In this document: piece by piece, positions 1 through 7,855 of the stretch
Layout: each line of letters starts with the position of its first letter
Position numbering within the stretch: position 1 is the first letter of the stretch
Source: an uncultured virus (IMG/VR IMGVR_UViG_3300044641_005543)
Lineage: Duplodnaviria; Heunggongvirae; Uroviricota; Caudoviricetes
IMG/VR virus record: IMGVR_UViG_3300044641_005543
Strand: one strand, 5' to 3'
Length of the DNA stretch: 64,000 nucleotides
Program-made: the position numbers and the translations under genes
The notes under the pieces: generated by a model
What the model was told of the DNA's origin: nothing
The model's input: the letters and a program-made list of their open reading frames with translations, nothing else
The model's database searches: none

Positions 1-133
1 TGATGGTAACGGTGCAACGCTGGTTCACACCCAATGCCACCTCAAAAGCCTGCGTGATACGCTCACGCATTTCTACGGGAGCATAGATAGCCAGTTCCAT
101 AGCCTCACGAACGCTCAGTTGCAGATTAATCAT
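1..133 (-). CDS. hypothetical protein (runs off the left edge)
   Basis: ATG at 133 directly after the stop of 135..560; open to the edge (MINLQLSVREAMELAIYAP...). Confidence 0.55.
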   Translation of the reverse strand, partial: MINLQLSVREAMELAIYAPVEMRERITQAFEVALGVNQRCTVTI

Positions 134-134
134 T

Positions 135-560
135 TCAAACCCTTTCTTCCAAAATATATACTTGTTTGCCGTTAGTTAGTAGAGTAGCGTACTCACTACC
201 GTCCCAAATAAACTCGTTGCAATCGCTTTCTCGTCGCCAGTGTGGGTCACGGATTGGATTATAATACAACTTCTCAAGATTGTCAACAGGCAAAATCGGA
301 TGAAAATCCTTTCTCAACATCAACTCTTCACATCTTACCCATCCACTCACATCATGCACACCAGCATCAAATACCTGTTTAGCCTTATTGGGCTTGTTAA
401 TCAGCCTACAACCCCGCATCTCTAACTGATATTCAGCAGGATTATAATAATAAACATCAACTTTCTTACTTCCTTGCATAACTTTCAGTTGCCAGTGCAT
501 ATAATGCTCGCCTCTGGACAAATGAAATCGCACTTCGCCGTGTGGTTGTTTTGTTTTCAT
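135..560 (-). CDS. hypothetical phage protein, probably leaderless mRNA
   Basis: 141-aa ORF; ATG lies 7 nt downstream of the -10 box TATACT. Confidence 0.7.
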   Translation of the reverse strand: MKTKQPHGEVRFHLSRGEHYMHWQLKVMQGSKKVDVYYYNPAEYQLEMRGCRLINKPNKAKQVFDAGVHDVSGWVRCEELMLRKDFHPILPVDNLEKLYYNPIRDPHWRRESDCNEFIWDGSEYATLLTNGKQVYILEERV

Positions 561-566
561 GGTTGT

Positions 567-595
567 AGTATATCTTATCGACCAAACCTTGTCAA
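567..595 (-). promoter_or_regulatory. sigma70-type promoter TTGACA-N17-TATACT
   Basis: near-consensus boxes directly upstream of the ORF. Confidence 0.75.
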
Positions 596-606
596 GATCT
601 TTAAAC

Positions 607-649
607 TTTCGCTGACTACAGCCACCCCAGCCAAATCCGAAGGATTAGG
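607..649. repeat. 43-bp repeat B, copy 1 (TTTCGCTGACTAC-N11-CCAAATCCGAAGGATTAGG)
   Basis: the 13-nt and 19-nt blocks recur identically, with the same spacing, at 4415-4457. Confidence 0.8.
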
Positions 650-740
650 AAAAACAATGTCGGCTTCCGCCATACTCGACCAGCATTTCAGATAGCCTCT
701 TTTGATATCATTGTGGCTACCCCCGTCCATTGTTTCCCTA

Positions 741-768
741 AGTATACTCTAAGTATCGGCATTGTCAA
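741..768 (-). promoter_or_regulatory. sigma70-type promoter TTGACA-N16-TATACT with CCGATA in the spacer
   Basis: sequence match. Confidence 0.7.
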
Positions 769-791
769 TACCAATCTATAGAAAATATTAG

Positions 792-835
792 GTGTCATTT
801 TGGCAGATTTCGCGGCCAGCCTGCCATTATGGCAG
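792..835. repeat. 44-bp double-palindrome repeat A, copy 1
   Basis: GTGTCATTTTGGCAG-ATTTCGCGGCCAGC-CTGCCATTATGGCAG. Confidence 0.9.
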
Positions 836-947
836 TTAATCGTTGTCGATATACCACCAATGGCATTGCTGGCAGAAGTTCCAGATTATTCCATAATCAT
901 CATACTTCCACACAAGTACATCACACGCCCCACATGGACAAATATCA

Positions 948-1121
948 CTAAGAGTTTTCATAAACTAACCTTACATACATATCTACAAGTTCTGATACGG
1001 CAATCTCATGAGTAGAGATATATTCCTTAACTTGGCTTACATTATGTTTATTCATAGCAGCCATTTTACTTCTGAAAAAACTCAGAATATAAACCATAGC
1101 CTTTTCACGTTCTTTATTCAT
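948..1121 (-). CDS. small hypothetical protein
   Basis: ATG at 1121 overlaps the stop of the upstream ORF; the track's longer start is unlikely. Confidence 0.5.
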   Translation of the reverse strand: MNKEREKAMVYILSFFRSKMAAMNKHNVSQVKEYISTHEIAVSELVDMYVRLVYENS

Positions 1122-1374
1122 ACTGAGGATAATCCTTTGGATAATCGGTTTCTGGTCGATCTGGTTTTGGTTGTCCCTCATATGGCATCCACCATGGAGC
1201 ATCCATACGATCTACCACACCAGGACTTTCTTCACAAATAAGAATATGTTCACTCACAGGATCGTCCCTATGAATCTCATACCTTCCCTGCCACACCCCA
1301 ATATACTCACCAAAATAGTAAACTTTCTGGCCATTAATAGGGCGTCTAGGACCAAAAAAACTAATCCATTCCAT
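1114..1374 (-). CDS. hypothetical phage protein
   Basis: 86-aa ORF with TAATG coupling to the upstream gene. Confidence 0.7.
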   Translation of the reverse strand: MEWISFFGPRRPINGQKVYYFGEYIGVWQGRYEIHRDDPVSEHILICEESPGVVDRMDAPWWMPYEGQPKPDRPETDYPKDYPQYE

Positions 1375-1598
1375 TATTTAGCCCTTATAACAATTAAGCA
1401 CTTTGTACCAATATCACCATCCGTATACTTCACACATTCATGAGGCCCATAATACCAAGCATCATTCTTAGAGAAGTTGAACACAATCTCTTCGGTATGG
1501 AGTTTGGTATCATTATACCCACCCTCATACCCAAGAGTCAACACCCTCATGTCGCCAGGATAGTTCTTCAACTGCTCAATAAGTTCATTAACGGTCAT
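1374..1598 (-). CDS. hypothetical phage protein (MTVxELIEQL...GYEGGY type)
   Basis: 74-aa ORF with an N-terminal pattern common in small phage proteins. Confidence 0.7.
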   Translation of the reverse strand: MTVNELIEQLKNYPGDMRVLTLGYEGGYNDTKLHTEEIVFNFSKNDAWYYGPHECVKYTDGDIGTKCLIVIRAK

Positions 1599-1748
1599 AT
1601 GTTTTACTTTTCTTTAAAGTTACGTCATTTCCAAAATCGGTATATGCTAATACTTTGGCTTGATATAAAGACGGAGCATGAACATATCCTAAAAGTTCTT
1701 TATCTCTAAAAACATACCACATATACATTACTTCTCTCCTTTTCCACC

Positions 1749-1776
1749 ATTATACCATATATTATCGGCAAGTCAA
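1749..1776 (-). promoter_or_regulatory. sigma70-type promoter TTGACT-N16-TATAAT with CCGATA
   Basis: sequence match. Confidence 0.7.
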
Positions 1777-1780
1777 TAAG

Positions 1781-1993
1781 AAAAAATCAGCGGAACTATT
1801 TTCGCCCCAGTTCCTATAATCCACCAATACCCCGATATTATGAACCCTTGGAGCAAGGTAAACACTGGTGGAAACCGCCCACGGAAACCTCCCTAGAATC
1901 GGCATTGCTAGCACATAAGACCGATTCATCTGGCTCTTGGTGACGGTTACTGATTGTATTGGTCGTGGTGAGGACGCGATCCCCCATAGATTG
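1781..1993 (-). ncRNA. candidate structured non-coding RNA (~200 nt)
   Basis: own promoter at 1999-2026; several complementary segments (1823-1830/1956-1963; 1896-1903/1920-1927); terminal hairpin GGAACT..AGTTCC followed by a U-tract; no convincing RBS-led ORF. Confidence 0.5.
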
Positions 1994-1998
1994 GTACC

Positions 1999-2026
1999 AC
2001 TATACAGCACATAACCTTGCTGTCAA
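1999..2026 (-). promoter_or_regulatory. sigma70-type promoter TTGACA-N16-TATAGT
   Basis: sequence match. Confidence 0.65.
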
Positions 2027-2132
2027 CCCCGGCGATGATTACGTCTTCGCTGAACGGGAGGTTTATCGTGATAGGTTATCCAATCTAGTCCGAAGCATGA
2101 ACCCACGAAAGTTTGTTTTGTCTTACTCAATC

Positions 2133-2160
2133 ATTCTACAATGTAGTATCGGCTTGTCAA
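2133..2160 (-). promoter_or_regulatory. sigma70-type promoter TTGACA-N16-TAGAAT with CCGATA
   Basis: sequence match. Confidence 0.7.
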
Positions 2161-2184
2161 CTAAAAAAATCCACAAAAATCTTT

Positions 2185-2228
2185 CTGCCATTTTGGCAGT
2201 TTTCGCGGCCGGCCTGCCATTTTGGCAG
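2185..2228. repeat. 44-bp double-palindrome repeat A, copy 2
   Basis: CTGCCATTTTGGCAG-TTTTCGCGGCCGGC-CTGCCATTTTGGCAG. Confidence 0.95.
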
Positions 2229-2246
2229 AGCCTTAGCACAACCCCC

Positions 2247-2657
2247 TCAGAAGAGGAGGCTGGCCAAGCCGGTCTTGAAAGCAACCCCACCCAAGAGGGG
2301 CCGACGCACGTTCTTGGTACGCTCGGCATAGAAGTTGCGAATCTTACCATCGGGAGTTTGAGCAGTCACCAGATGCGTGGTACGCTGAAAGTTACCATCA
2401 TATCGACGATAGCGACTCCTAGCGTTCAATCTGTTGATACTATCCTGAGACAACCGATGAACCTCAAGAACCCTTGCCATGTAACGCTCAGGCTCGCCAT
2501 GAAGCGGCTGCTCGTACAGGAAGTTATAAACACTGCCAACCCGTGCATTGGTCAGACTATCACGAAGACCAGCATAGATATGAAACAGAATAAACGCAAC
2601 ACTAGCCAGAATCATACCACCGACAACACCAGCACCAATCATCATCTCATTACTCAT
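2247..2657 (-). CDS. membrane-anchored protein with possible WYL/SH3-like domain
   Basis: start moved to ATG 2657, downstream of the promoter and an AAGGG RBS; N-terminal hydrophobic helix; C-terminal 'DGKIRNFYAER' is reminiscent of WYL. Confidence 0.55.
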   Translation of the reverse strand: MSNEMMIGAGVVGGMILASVAFILFHIYAGLRDSLTNARVGSVYNFLYEQPLHGEPERYMARVLEVHRLSQDSINRLNARSRYRRYDGNFQRTTHLVTAQTPDGKIRNFYAERTKNVRRPLLGGVAFKTGLASLLF

Positions 2658-2689
2658 TTGTAACCCTTTCGTTTGAAAACCTTTCACCC

Positions 2690-2717
2690 ATTCTACACTA
2701 TTATCGGCCTTTGTCAA
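2690..2717 (-). promoter_or_regulatory. sigma70-type promoter TTGACA-N16-TAGAAT with CCGATA
   Basis: sequence match. Confidence 0.7.
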
Positions 2718-2959
2718 GCGTCAACTTCAACAAAATCTTGAACCCAATCACGATTCACGGATTCACGGTCGATTCCAGAATCGTTCCAAGCCACGCCGTC
2801 TGGAGTTTGATATCCAATCGAACTACCCAAATCATTCATACAATCCACAAACTCATCATAAGATGAACACTGGCGAGCCAGATTATACAGTCCCTCGTCA
2901 TTGTTGATCCAAAGCACCACATTCCAAGTTTCGTAGTTCTTGAAGCCGTTGTAGGTCAT
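2714..2959 (-). CDS. conserved hypothetical phage protein (YNGxxNYETWNVxLW type)
   Basis: 81 aa; AAGGA RBS; recurrent phage motif. Confidence 0.75.
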   Translation of the reverse strand: MTYNGFKNYETWNVVLWINNDEGLYNLARQCSSYDEFVDCMNDLGSSIGYQTPDGVAWNDSGIDRESVNRDWVQDFVEVDA

Positions 2960-2983
2960 TTTCTTTTCCTTTCGTGTCTCTCG

Positions 2984-3012
2984 ATTCTACATTAGTTATC
3001 GGCACTTGTCAA
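2984..3012 (-). promoter_or_regulatory. sigma70-type promoter TTGACA-N17-TAGAAT with CCGATA
   Basis: sequence match. Confidence 0.75.
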
Positions 3013-3037
3013 GCGAGAGTTTAGAAAAATCTTTTCT

Positions 3038-3081
3038 CTGCCACTTTGGCAGTTTTCGCGGCCCGCCTGCCGTTTTGGCAG
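3038..3081. repeat. 44-bp double-palindrome repeat A, copy 3
   Basis: CTGCCACTTTGGCAG-TTTTCGCGGCCCGC-CTGCCGTTTTGGCAG. Confidence 0.9.
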
Positions 3082-3178
3082 ATCTGGTTCATTCAATCTC
3101 CCAAGTAAGCAAAAGCAGAATAGATTGCCATTATAACAACAGGCCAAAATAAAATAAAATGATGATCCGAGGCAAGCA

Positions 3179-3661
3179 CTATGCTTCTACCTCATCATCA
3201 GAGAAAAAGTTTGCCATATCGAACTCATTCCACAAAGCAACAGGAATCATACCCTTATCAGTATATTCAATATAGTTATCAAAACCATTATCATAAATAC
3301 CACAAAACGCCATACCCGGTTCAAAATAACTGGCCCTTACATCGTATCCCAACTCTACCAGTTTTTCATACAAACCAGTAGGAGGAGCCCAAGCACTATC
3401 AAATGTTCCACTAACCTGATTACCAACCCTAGTACCCTTTAGCCCATAACACTCCTCTTTATCTGTACCAATATCTGCTCCAATATCCCACTTTGTTCCC
3501 CAGTTATTTATGCACCAACCGTACCACCCATCACCAATATCTTCTGGCATAGGCAAGAACTCATTACAAACAGTACCAGCATTATATGCTTTCTCAAATC
3601 GGTCAACCATAGCACTATCACTATGCTCAACAGTCAGATTATTCAAGCACCAATTAGGCAT
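3179..3661 (-). CDS. DUF1281/YubB (Api92-like ferredoxin-like fold) protein
   Basis: MPNWCxN start; WYxWCxxNWGTKWD, FDSAWAPP and YFEPG motifs. Confidence 0.75.
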   Translation of the reverse strand: MPNWCLNNLTVEHSDSAMVDRFEKAYNAGTVCNEFLPMPEDIGDGWYGWCINNWGTKWDIGADIGTDKEECYGLKGTRVGNQVSGTFDSAWAPPTGLYEKLVELGYDVRASYFEPGMAFCGIYDNGFDNYIEYTDKGMIPVALWNEFDMANFFSDDEVEA

Positions 3662-3671
3662 AAATCACCTT

Positions 3672-3851
3672 TCAGTTAGCACTAGAGGTTGGAACTGGTC
3701 GCTCAACAAACAGCATAACAGTATCCGCGATATTGTCAATACCAAACGTAATCAACTCATGTTGAGCATCCACACTCAAATCGGACTGAGCGGTACTCAA
3801 AACACAACAAGCAAACGTTTCCAGAATCTTAGCCAATTCATCTCGTGTCAT
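3672..3851 (-). CDS. small hypothetical protein (59 aa, MTRDELAKILETF...)
   Basis: AGGAG RBS and own promoter at 3871-3899; shorter than the track cut-off. Confidence 0.55.
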   Translation of the reverse strand: MTRDELAKILETFACCVLSTAQSDLSVDAQHELITFGIDNIADTVMLFVERPVPTSSAN

Positions 3852-3870
3852 AACTTTCTCCTTTGTTCAG

Positions 3871-3899
3871 ATTCTACACTATACTCTATCGGTTGTCAA
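3871..3899 (-). promoter_or_regulatory. sigma70-type promoter TTGACA-N17-TAGAAT with CCGATA
   Basis: sequence match. Confidence 0.75.
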
Positions 3900-4375
3900 G
3901 CCACCATTGCGTGAGTTTTTTTGCAGTAAATAGTGGTCACAATGTCCTGATTTTGGGCATAGAATTTGCGTGTTTTCAAACTAGATTTGATCTGATCTTT
4001 AGGATACTTACAAATATACTCATAAGCATCCCTTACATGATCCTTAGACCAAAATCTATCAACAAAATCCCTAGTACGCACAGAGAATACCAGATCAACA
4101 AATCCCTTTTTATCTAGCACAATAAATAGAAAACGAATCTCCCCTTCTTCTTTGCTCAATTTATGATATTTGCTAGGATCAAGCCATTGCAAATCGGCCT
4201 GCTTTTTACATTCGATCAAGCATCCGAGCATATCATTTTTATAATCATACAGTCTGTGAGAACATCTTTCCCAACCCTCAACACTATTTAGGATTGAAGA
4301 AAGAATACTCTCTTTACCACCATAACCCTTTAGATTGGTTTTGGATAACAAATAAATTTGTCGTGAGGTAAGCAT
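3896..4375 (-). CDS. hypothetical protein, possible PD-(D/E)XK nuclease; probably leaderless
   Basis: basic 159-aa ORF; 'YDY...LIECKKQ' fits D...ExK; ATG 7 nt from the -10 box. Confidence 0.5.
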   Translation of the reverse strand: MLTSRQIYLLSKTNLKGYGGKESILSSILNSVEGWERCSHRLYDYKNDMLGCLIECKKQADLQWLDPSKYHKLSKEEGEIRFLFIVLDKKGFVDLVFSVRTRDFVDRFWSKDHVRDAYEYICKYPKDQIKSSLKTRKFYAQNQDIVTTIYCKKTHAMVA

Positions 4376-4381
4376 GACCGT

Positions 4382-4409
4382 ATTCTATGATGAAAGAATA
4401 TTTTGTCAA
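4382..4409 (-). promoter_or_regulatory. sigma70-type promoter TTGACA-N16-TAGAAT
   Basis: sequence match. Confidence 0.7.
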
Positions 4410-4414
4410 GAACT

Positions 4415-4457
4415 TTTCGCTGACTACGCCCACGCTACCCAAATCCGAAGGATTAGG
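4415..4457. repeat. 43-bp repeat B, copy 2
   Basis: matches 607-649. Confidence 0.8.
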
Positions 4458-4617
4458 CAGGACAACGAACTCGCTCAATCCACACAAAATCCCCAAACTT
4501 TTCTTTGGCGAGAATCTGGGCTTGATATTGTGAAGATGCCACAACATATCCCACAAGAGTGTGAGAATACCTATAAACTTTCCAAGTGATACCAGAGTAG
4601 CAAAAGTTAGTATTCAT
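4453..4617 (-). CDS. small hypothetical protein (MNTNFCYSG...), probably leaderless
   Basis: ATG 4617 lies 8 nt from the -10 box of the promoter at 4625-4652. Confidence 0.55.
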   Translation of the reverse strand: MNTNFCYSGITWKVYRYSHTLVGYVVASSQYQAQILAKEKFGDFVWIERVRCPA

Positions 4618-4624
4618 GTTAGCC

Positions 4625-4652
4625 ATTGTATCCTTAGTTATCGGCTTGTCAA
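4625..4652 (-). promoter_or_regulatory. sigma70-type promoter TTGACA-N16-TACAAT with CCGATA
   Basis: sequence match. Confidence 0.7.
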
Positions 4653-4675
4653 GAGAAAATCTGTAAAAAATTATT

Positions 4676-4719
4676 CTGTCATTATGGCAGATTTCGCGGC
4701 CCGGCTGCCATTTTGGCAG
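4676..4719. repeat. 44-bp double-palindrome repeat A, copy 4
   Basis: CTGTCATTATGGCAG-ATTTCGCGGCCCGG-CTGCCATTTTGGCAG. Confidence 0.9.
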
Positions 4720-4842
4720 TCCGTTACTTTTTAGCGGTTTGGGCATGCAATCTGCTCAGTCGTTCAACCGCAGCAATTGCACGGGCCGTTTCCTTTTCCA
4801 TACGCTCAATAGCCTTTTGATAATTACTATTTACCTTTTTCA

Positions 4843-5202
4843 TTAGTAATCCTCCCCATAATCGCCATAACCATCATCACTATGGAAATCCTCACGATAA
4901 TCTACATCTTCGCCATAATAACCGTAGTCCTCATCGGTTCCCCATCCAGCGGAAGCCAATGCACTCTCATGATCGCCATCCATACTATCATCACCCTCAT
5001 CATACCAATCAATCTCTCCAGAGTTATCCTCATCGTAAAAATCGTTGTAATCATCGTAGTTAGTATCATTGTCCATATAAATATCCTCTTTGTTATCGTA
5101 CAGATATTCGGCCAAAAGAGCGTCACTAGGATCATGCTCAACAACCATATCATCATCCTCGTAAGCGTTATCGGGATCAAACAGTGGATCAGGGTGACTC
5201 AT
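4843..5202 (-). CDS. extremely acidic Asp/Tyr-rich protein
   Basis: AGGAG RBS before ATG 5202; about 44 D/E versus 2 K/R in 119 aa (hand count). Confidence 0.75.
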   Translation of the reverse strand: MSHPDPLFDPDNAYEDDDMVVEHDPSDALLAEYLYDNKEDIYMDNDTNYDDYNDFYDEDNSGEIDWYDEGDDSMDGDHESALASAGWGTDEDYGYYGEDVDYREDFHSDDGYGDYGEDY

Positions 5203-5216
5203 GACTTTTCTCCTTT

Positions 5217-5429
5217 TCAACCAACATACCATAACTGGCCATCGCTGTCAACCATCGGCTCGGGATAAATCTCATCGGCCAACTCATCCACAAGGCCCGT
5301 GACTTCTGCCCAATCCATCGGGTGGCAGTCTTCACAGTCGATAGGCTCGACCAGCGGCTCAAGCGTACCGTCATCGGCCAACTGATTCAGGAAGGCATTG
5401 ATTTCATCGTCGCTTGCAAAGATGCTCAT
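5217..5429 (-). CDS. small acidic protein
   Basis: AGGAG RBS; 70 aa with no K or R. Confidence 0.75.
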   Translation of the reverse strand: MSIFASDDEINAFLNQLADDGTLEPLVEPIDCEDCHPMDWAEVTGLVDELADEIYPEPMVDSDGQLWYVG

Positions 5430-5453
5430 TTGATTTCTCCTTGTGATGCGTTC

Positions 5454-5481
5454 ATTCTACACTCAATATCGACCAATGCAA
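5454..5481 (-). promoter_or_regulatory. sigma70-type promoter TTGCAT-N16-TAGAAT
   Basis: sequence match; TCGATA variant in the spacer. Confidence 0.6.
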
Positions 5482-5536
5482 GCGAAATCTTTCCGAAAAT
5501 CGAAAAATAATTTCATGCCAAATCAACAAATTTTTG

Positions 5537-5552
5537 CGGCACAAGATTTGCT
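5537..5552 (+). promoter_or_regulatory. sigma54-like -24/-12 site CGGCAC-AAGAT-TTGCT
   Basis: matches TGGCAC-N5-TTGCW except at the first base. Confidence 0.55.
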
Positions 5553-5555
5553 GGC

Positions 5556-5599
5556 CTGCCATTTTGGCAGTTCGGCGGCGCGGCCTGCCATTTTGGCAG
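5556..5599. repeat. 44-bp double-palindrome repeat A, copy 5
   Basis: CTGCCATTTTGGCAG-TTCGGCGGCGCGGC-CTGCCATTTTGGCAG. Confidence 0.95.
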
Positions 5600-5972
5600 G
5601 GTGTTAAAGTTTAGTTAATAAAATAGGTTACAACGCAACCAACAATAAAACAAAAAGTTAACAGCATTTTATCCGCAGTATTCATTTAATCTTTCTTTAT
5701 TGGAAAAATAAGATTACAAACAGAACAACAGCACACAAAACCAATAACAAGTCCCACACAAAAACTAGTCCAATCTATATACATATCGGCCATCCGTAGC
5801 CCTTTCCTTTAATTACCCTTTGAATTATCAAACAAACGACCCAATTCCCTAAGATCATCAGCCGTTACATTATTCTGCCAATTATCATCACTTCCCATAT
5901 CAAAAATCCACACACAAATGGAAGCAAACACAATAACACACCACAATCCAAAAAGTATCATTACCATTTCGA

Positions 5973-6281
5973 TCATCCCACCACCATCCCATCCATAAAA
6001 GGATATTCCTTACCATTAATATCCACAAACCATTCATACTTTCGCTGGTATACTCGCCGTGGGCTATACTGGTTAATCCTATCCTTAGTAGTAACGGTCT
6101 GCCATCCGCCACTATTCAGCGTATAGGTACCATTCGGATTAATCTTTACAACATAGGTATTATGCAACTTAATTGCTACAGTACCATCATGCAGAATCTC
6201 GGCGTAAGTATTATTACCAACCTTGCGACTATCAGCATTACGCTTGCCACGAACCATCGACACTGCTTCGGCGTGAGTCAT
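5973..6281 (-). CDS. conserved hypothetical phage protein (GGWxTxTTKxRIN type)
   Basis: AGGAG RBS; promoter at 6311-6339. Confidence 0.75.
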   Translation of the reverse strand: MTHAEAVSMVRGKRNADSRKVGNNTYAEILHDGTVAIKLHNTYVVKINPNGTYTLNSGGWQTVTTKDRINQYSPRRVYQRKYEWFVDINGKEYPFMDGMVVG

Positions 6282-6335
6282 TTTCTTTTTCTCCTGCTAG
6301 GGTTATCGGTATTCTACAGACTAAGTTTTAGAAAA

Positions 6336-6569
6336 TCAAGGCAAAAACTCGGCCGTTTCTACACTATCCATTCTGTTCTGAATACTCTCGACCAACTCCG
6401 AAGGAATCTGATTCCACTTCCTAATCTGACCGCCAACGTGAACACCCATAATAGTGTACGACTTTATAGCGTCATAATCAGCATCAATCGTGACCCTAGC
6501 CTCCCACCAGATACCAGAATCATCATCACCAAAATCAAACCGGAAAACATCGCTGAAAAACCTGCTCAT
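6336..6569 (-). CDS. hypothetical protein
   Basis: AGGAG RBS; promoter at 6597-6624. Confidence 0.7.
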   Translation of the reverse strand: MSRFFSDVFRFDFGDDDSGIWWEARVTIDADYDAIKSYTIMGVHVGGQIRKWNQIPSELVESIQNRMDSVETAEFLP

Positions 6570-6679
6570 TTCTTTTCTCCTGCTTTCTATATCGGTATTC
6601 TACAACCCATACTTTAGATTGCAAGCAAAATCTTTCCGAAAATCCAAATATAATTTCATGCCAAAAGAAAATTATTTTG

Positions 6680-6695
6680 TGGCACAAGATTTGCT
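6680..6695 (+). promoter_or_regulatory. sigma54-like site TGGCAC-AAGAT-TTGCT
   Basis: exact match to the consensus. Confidence 0.6.
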
Positions 6696-6698
6696 GGC

Positions 6699-6742
6699 CT
6701 GCCATTTTGGCAGTTTTCGCGGCCGGCCTGCCATTTTGGCAG
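6699..6742. repeat. 44-bp double-palindrome repeat A, copy 6
   Basis: identical to copy 2. Confidence 0.95.
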
Positions 6743-6797
6743 TTTCGCTGGCTATAGCCCATCTTGCCAGCCGATAGGATCGGCTGTTACAGTAATA

Positions 6798-7022
6798 TTA
6801 TTCCGCTCTTACATAAACTTCACTACTATTACCATTATCATAGATAGTAACAAGCCAGTGTCGCCCGCTACCATCTTCGGGCCGCATACCATTAATGATA
6901 CCATACAATTGTACGCTATTACCATTAACATTACAACGGATGCAAACTCGCCCACGATCTTTCATCTTTTGGCAAAGCCAATGATAACTGTAAACAGGGA
7001 TAGCAGTTTCAAGAGTTAGCAT
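6798..7022 (-). CDS. hypothetical protein
   Basis: AAGGA RBS; 74 aa. Confidence 0.65.
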   Translation of the reverse strand: MLTLETAIPVYSYHWLCQKMKDRGRVCIRCNVNGNSVQLYGIINGMRPEDGSGRHWLVTIYDNGNSSEVYVRAE

Positions 7023-7071
7023 TGTTATATTCCTTTACGGGGGAGATTTTTAGTTACCTTACTAGTGTGGG

Positions 7072-7269
7072 TTAACCCACCTTGAACATAAACACTCGAG
7101 CGAATCCGCAGGATGATATTCCCCATCCGGGGCAATCCCAAATCCAATCGGGCAACCCCTTAGAATGAGGGGGATGGTAACCGTCAACATGAAGCATATT
7201 CGGATCGTTCACGACCGAAACTACCATACCATCCGACTCCAACTTCACAATCATTTCGGCAACGCTCAT
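7072..7269 (-). CDS. hypothetical protein
   Basis: AAGGA RBS; 65 aa. Confidence 0.65.
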   Translation of the reverse strand: MSVAEMIVKLESDGMVVSVVNDPNMLHVDGYHPPHSKGLPDWIWDCPGWGISSCGFARVFMFKVG

Positions 7270-7337
7270 TTTTTTCCTTTATTCTATTCCCCATAATGGG
7301 GAGAGTTCAAAGTATCCCGATAACCGCCGGTCTATCC

Positions 7338-7571
7338 TCACTCCCCCCTTCCGGGGAGAGCGGGCAGTTCAAAATCGCTCCAAGCATAATTGTAGCATTC
7401 GTCAAGGTATACGCTACCATACTTGCCAATATCGGCAAGTTTGACCACGACCATCGTACCCTTCATGCCCATGCTCTTGACCGACTCGATTTGACCGACG
7501 AAAACCTTATCGTCACGGTTCCGAATTGCCGAAAAATACATACCCTTGACCGGTCGAATCGTCGTTTCCAT
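7338..7571 (-). CDS. small beta-rich protein, paralog of 8417..8623
   Basis: shared VKGMxFxAxRN...F.G..E.V....KGTMV.V...Y...YL..C pattern; GGAG RBS; promoter at 7611-7638. Confidence 0.7.
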   Translation of the reverse strand: METTIRPVKGMYFSAIRNRDDKVFVGQIESVKSMGMKGTMVVVKLADIGKYGSVYLDECYNYAWSDFELPALPGRGE

Positions 7572-7855
7572 TTTCATTCTCTCCATTTTGGTTTCGATTA
7601 TCATTCCACGATTATACATTAGGTATCGGTAATTGCAAGTAAAAAAATTAGTAGGTTTCGGAAAGCAGGGCTTCCAACCTTGCAATTTCCAGCCTAATTT
7701 CCGCAACCTTCCCAAACATCCTCATTTCACGATAGTTATCAAGATCATAACGTAGGCTAATAATTTCACGCATGATTTTCATTTTCATGTTTTCCATTTT
7801 CTTTCTCCCTTTCTTTCTATATCGGCATTATACCCTGCAATCTTTAGATTTCAAG

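Noticed and set aside
1959..2663. 234-aa plus-strand ORF and other plus-strand ORFs in 1-9 kb
   Set aside because: They are antisense shadows of RBS- and promoter-supported minus-strand genes, and they run through repeats and promoters.
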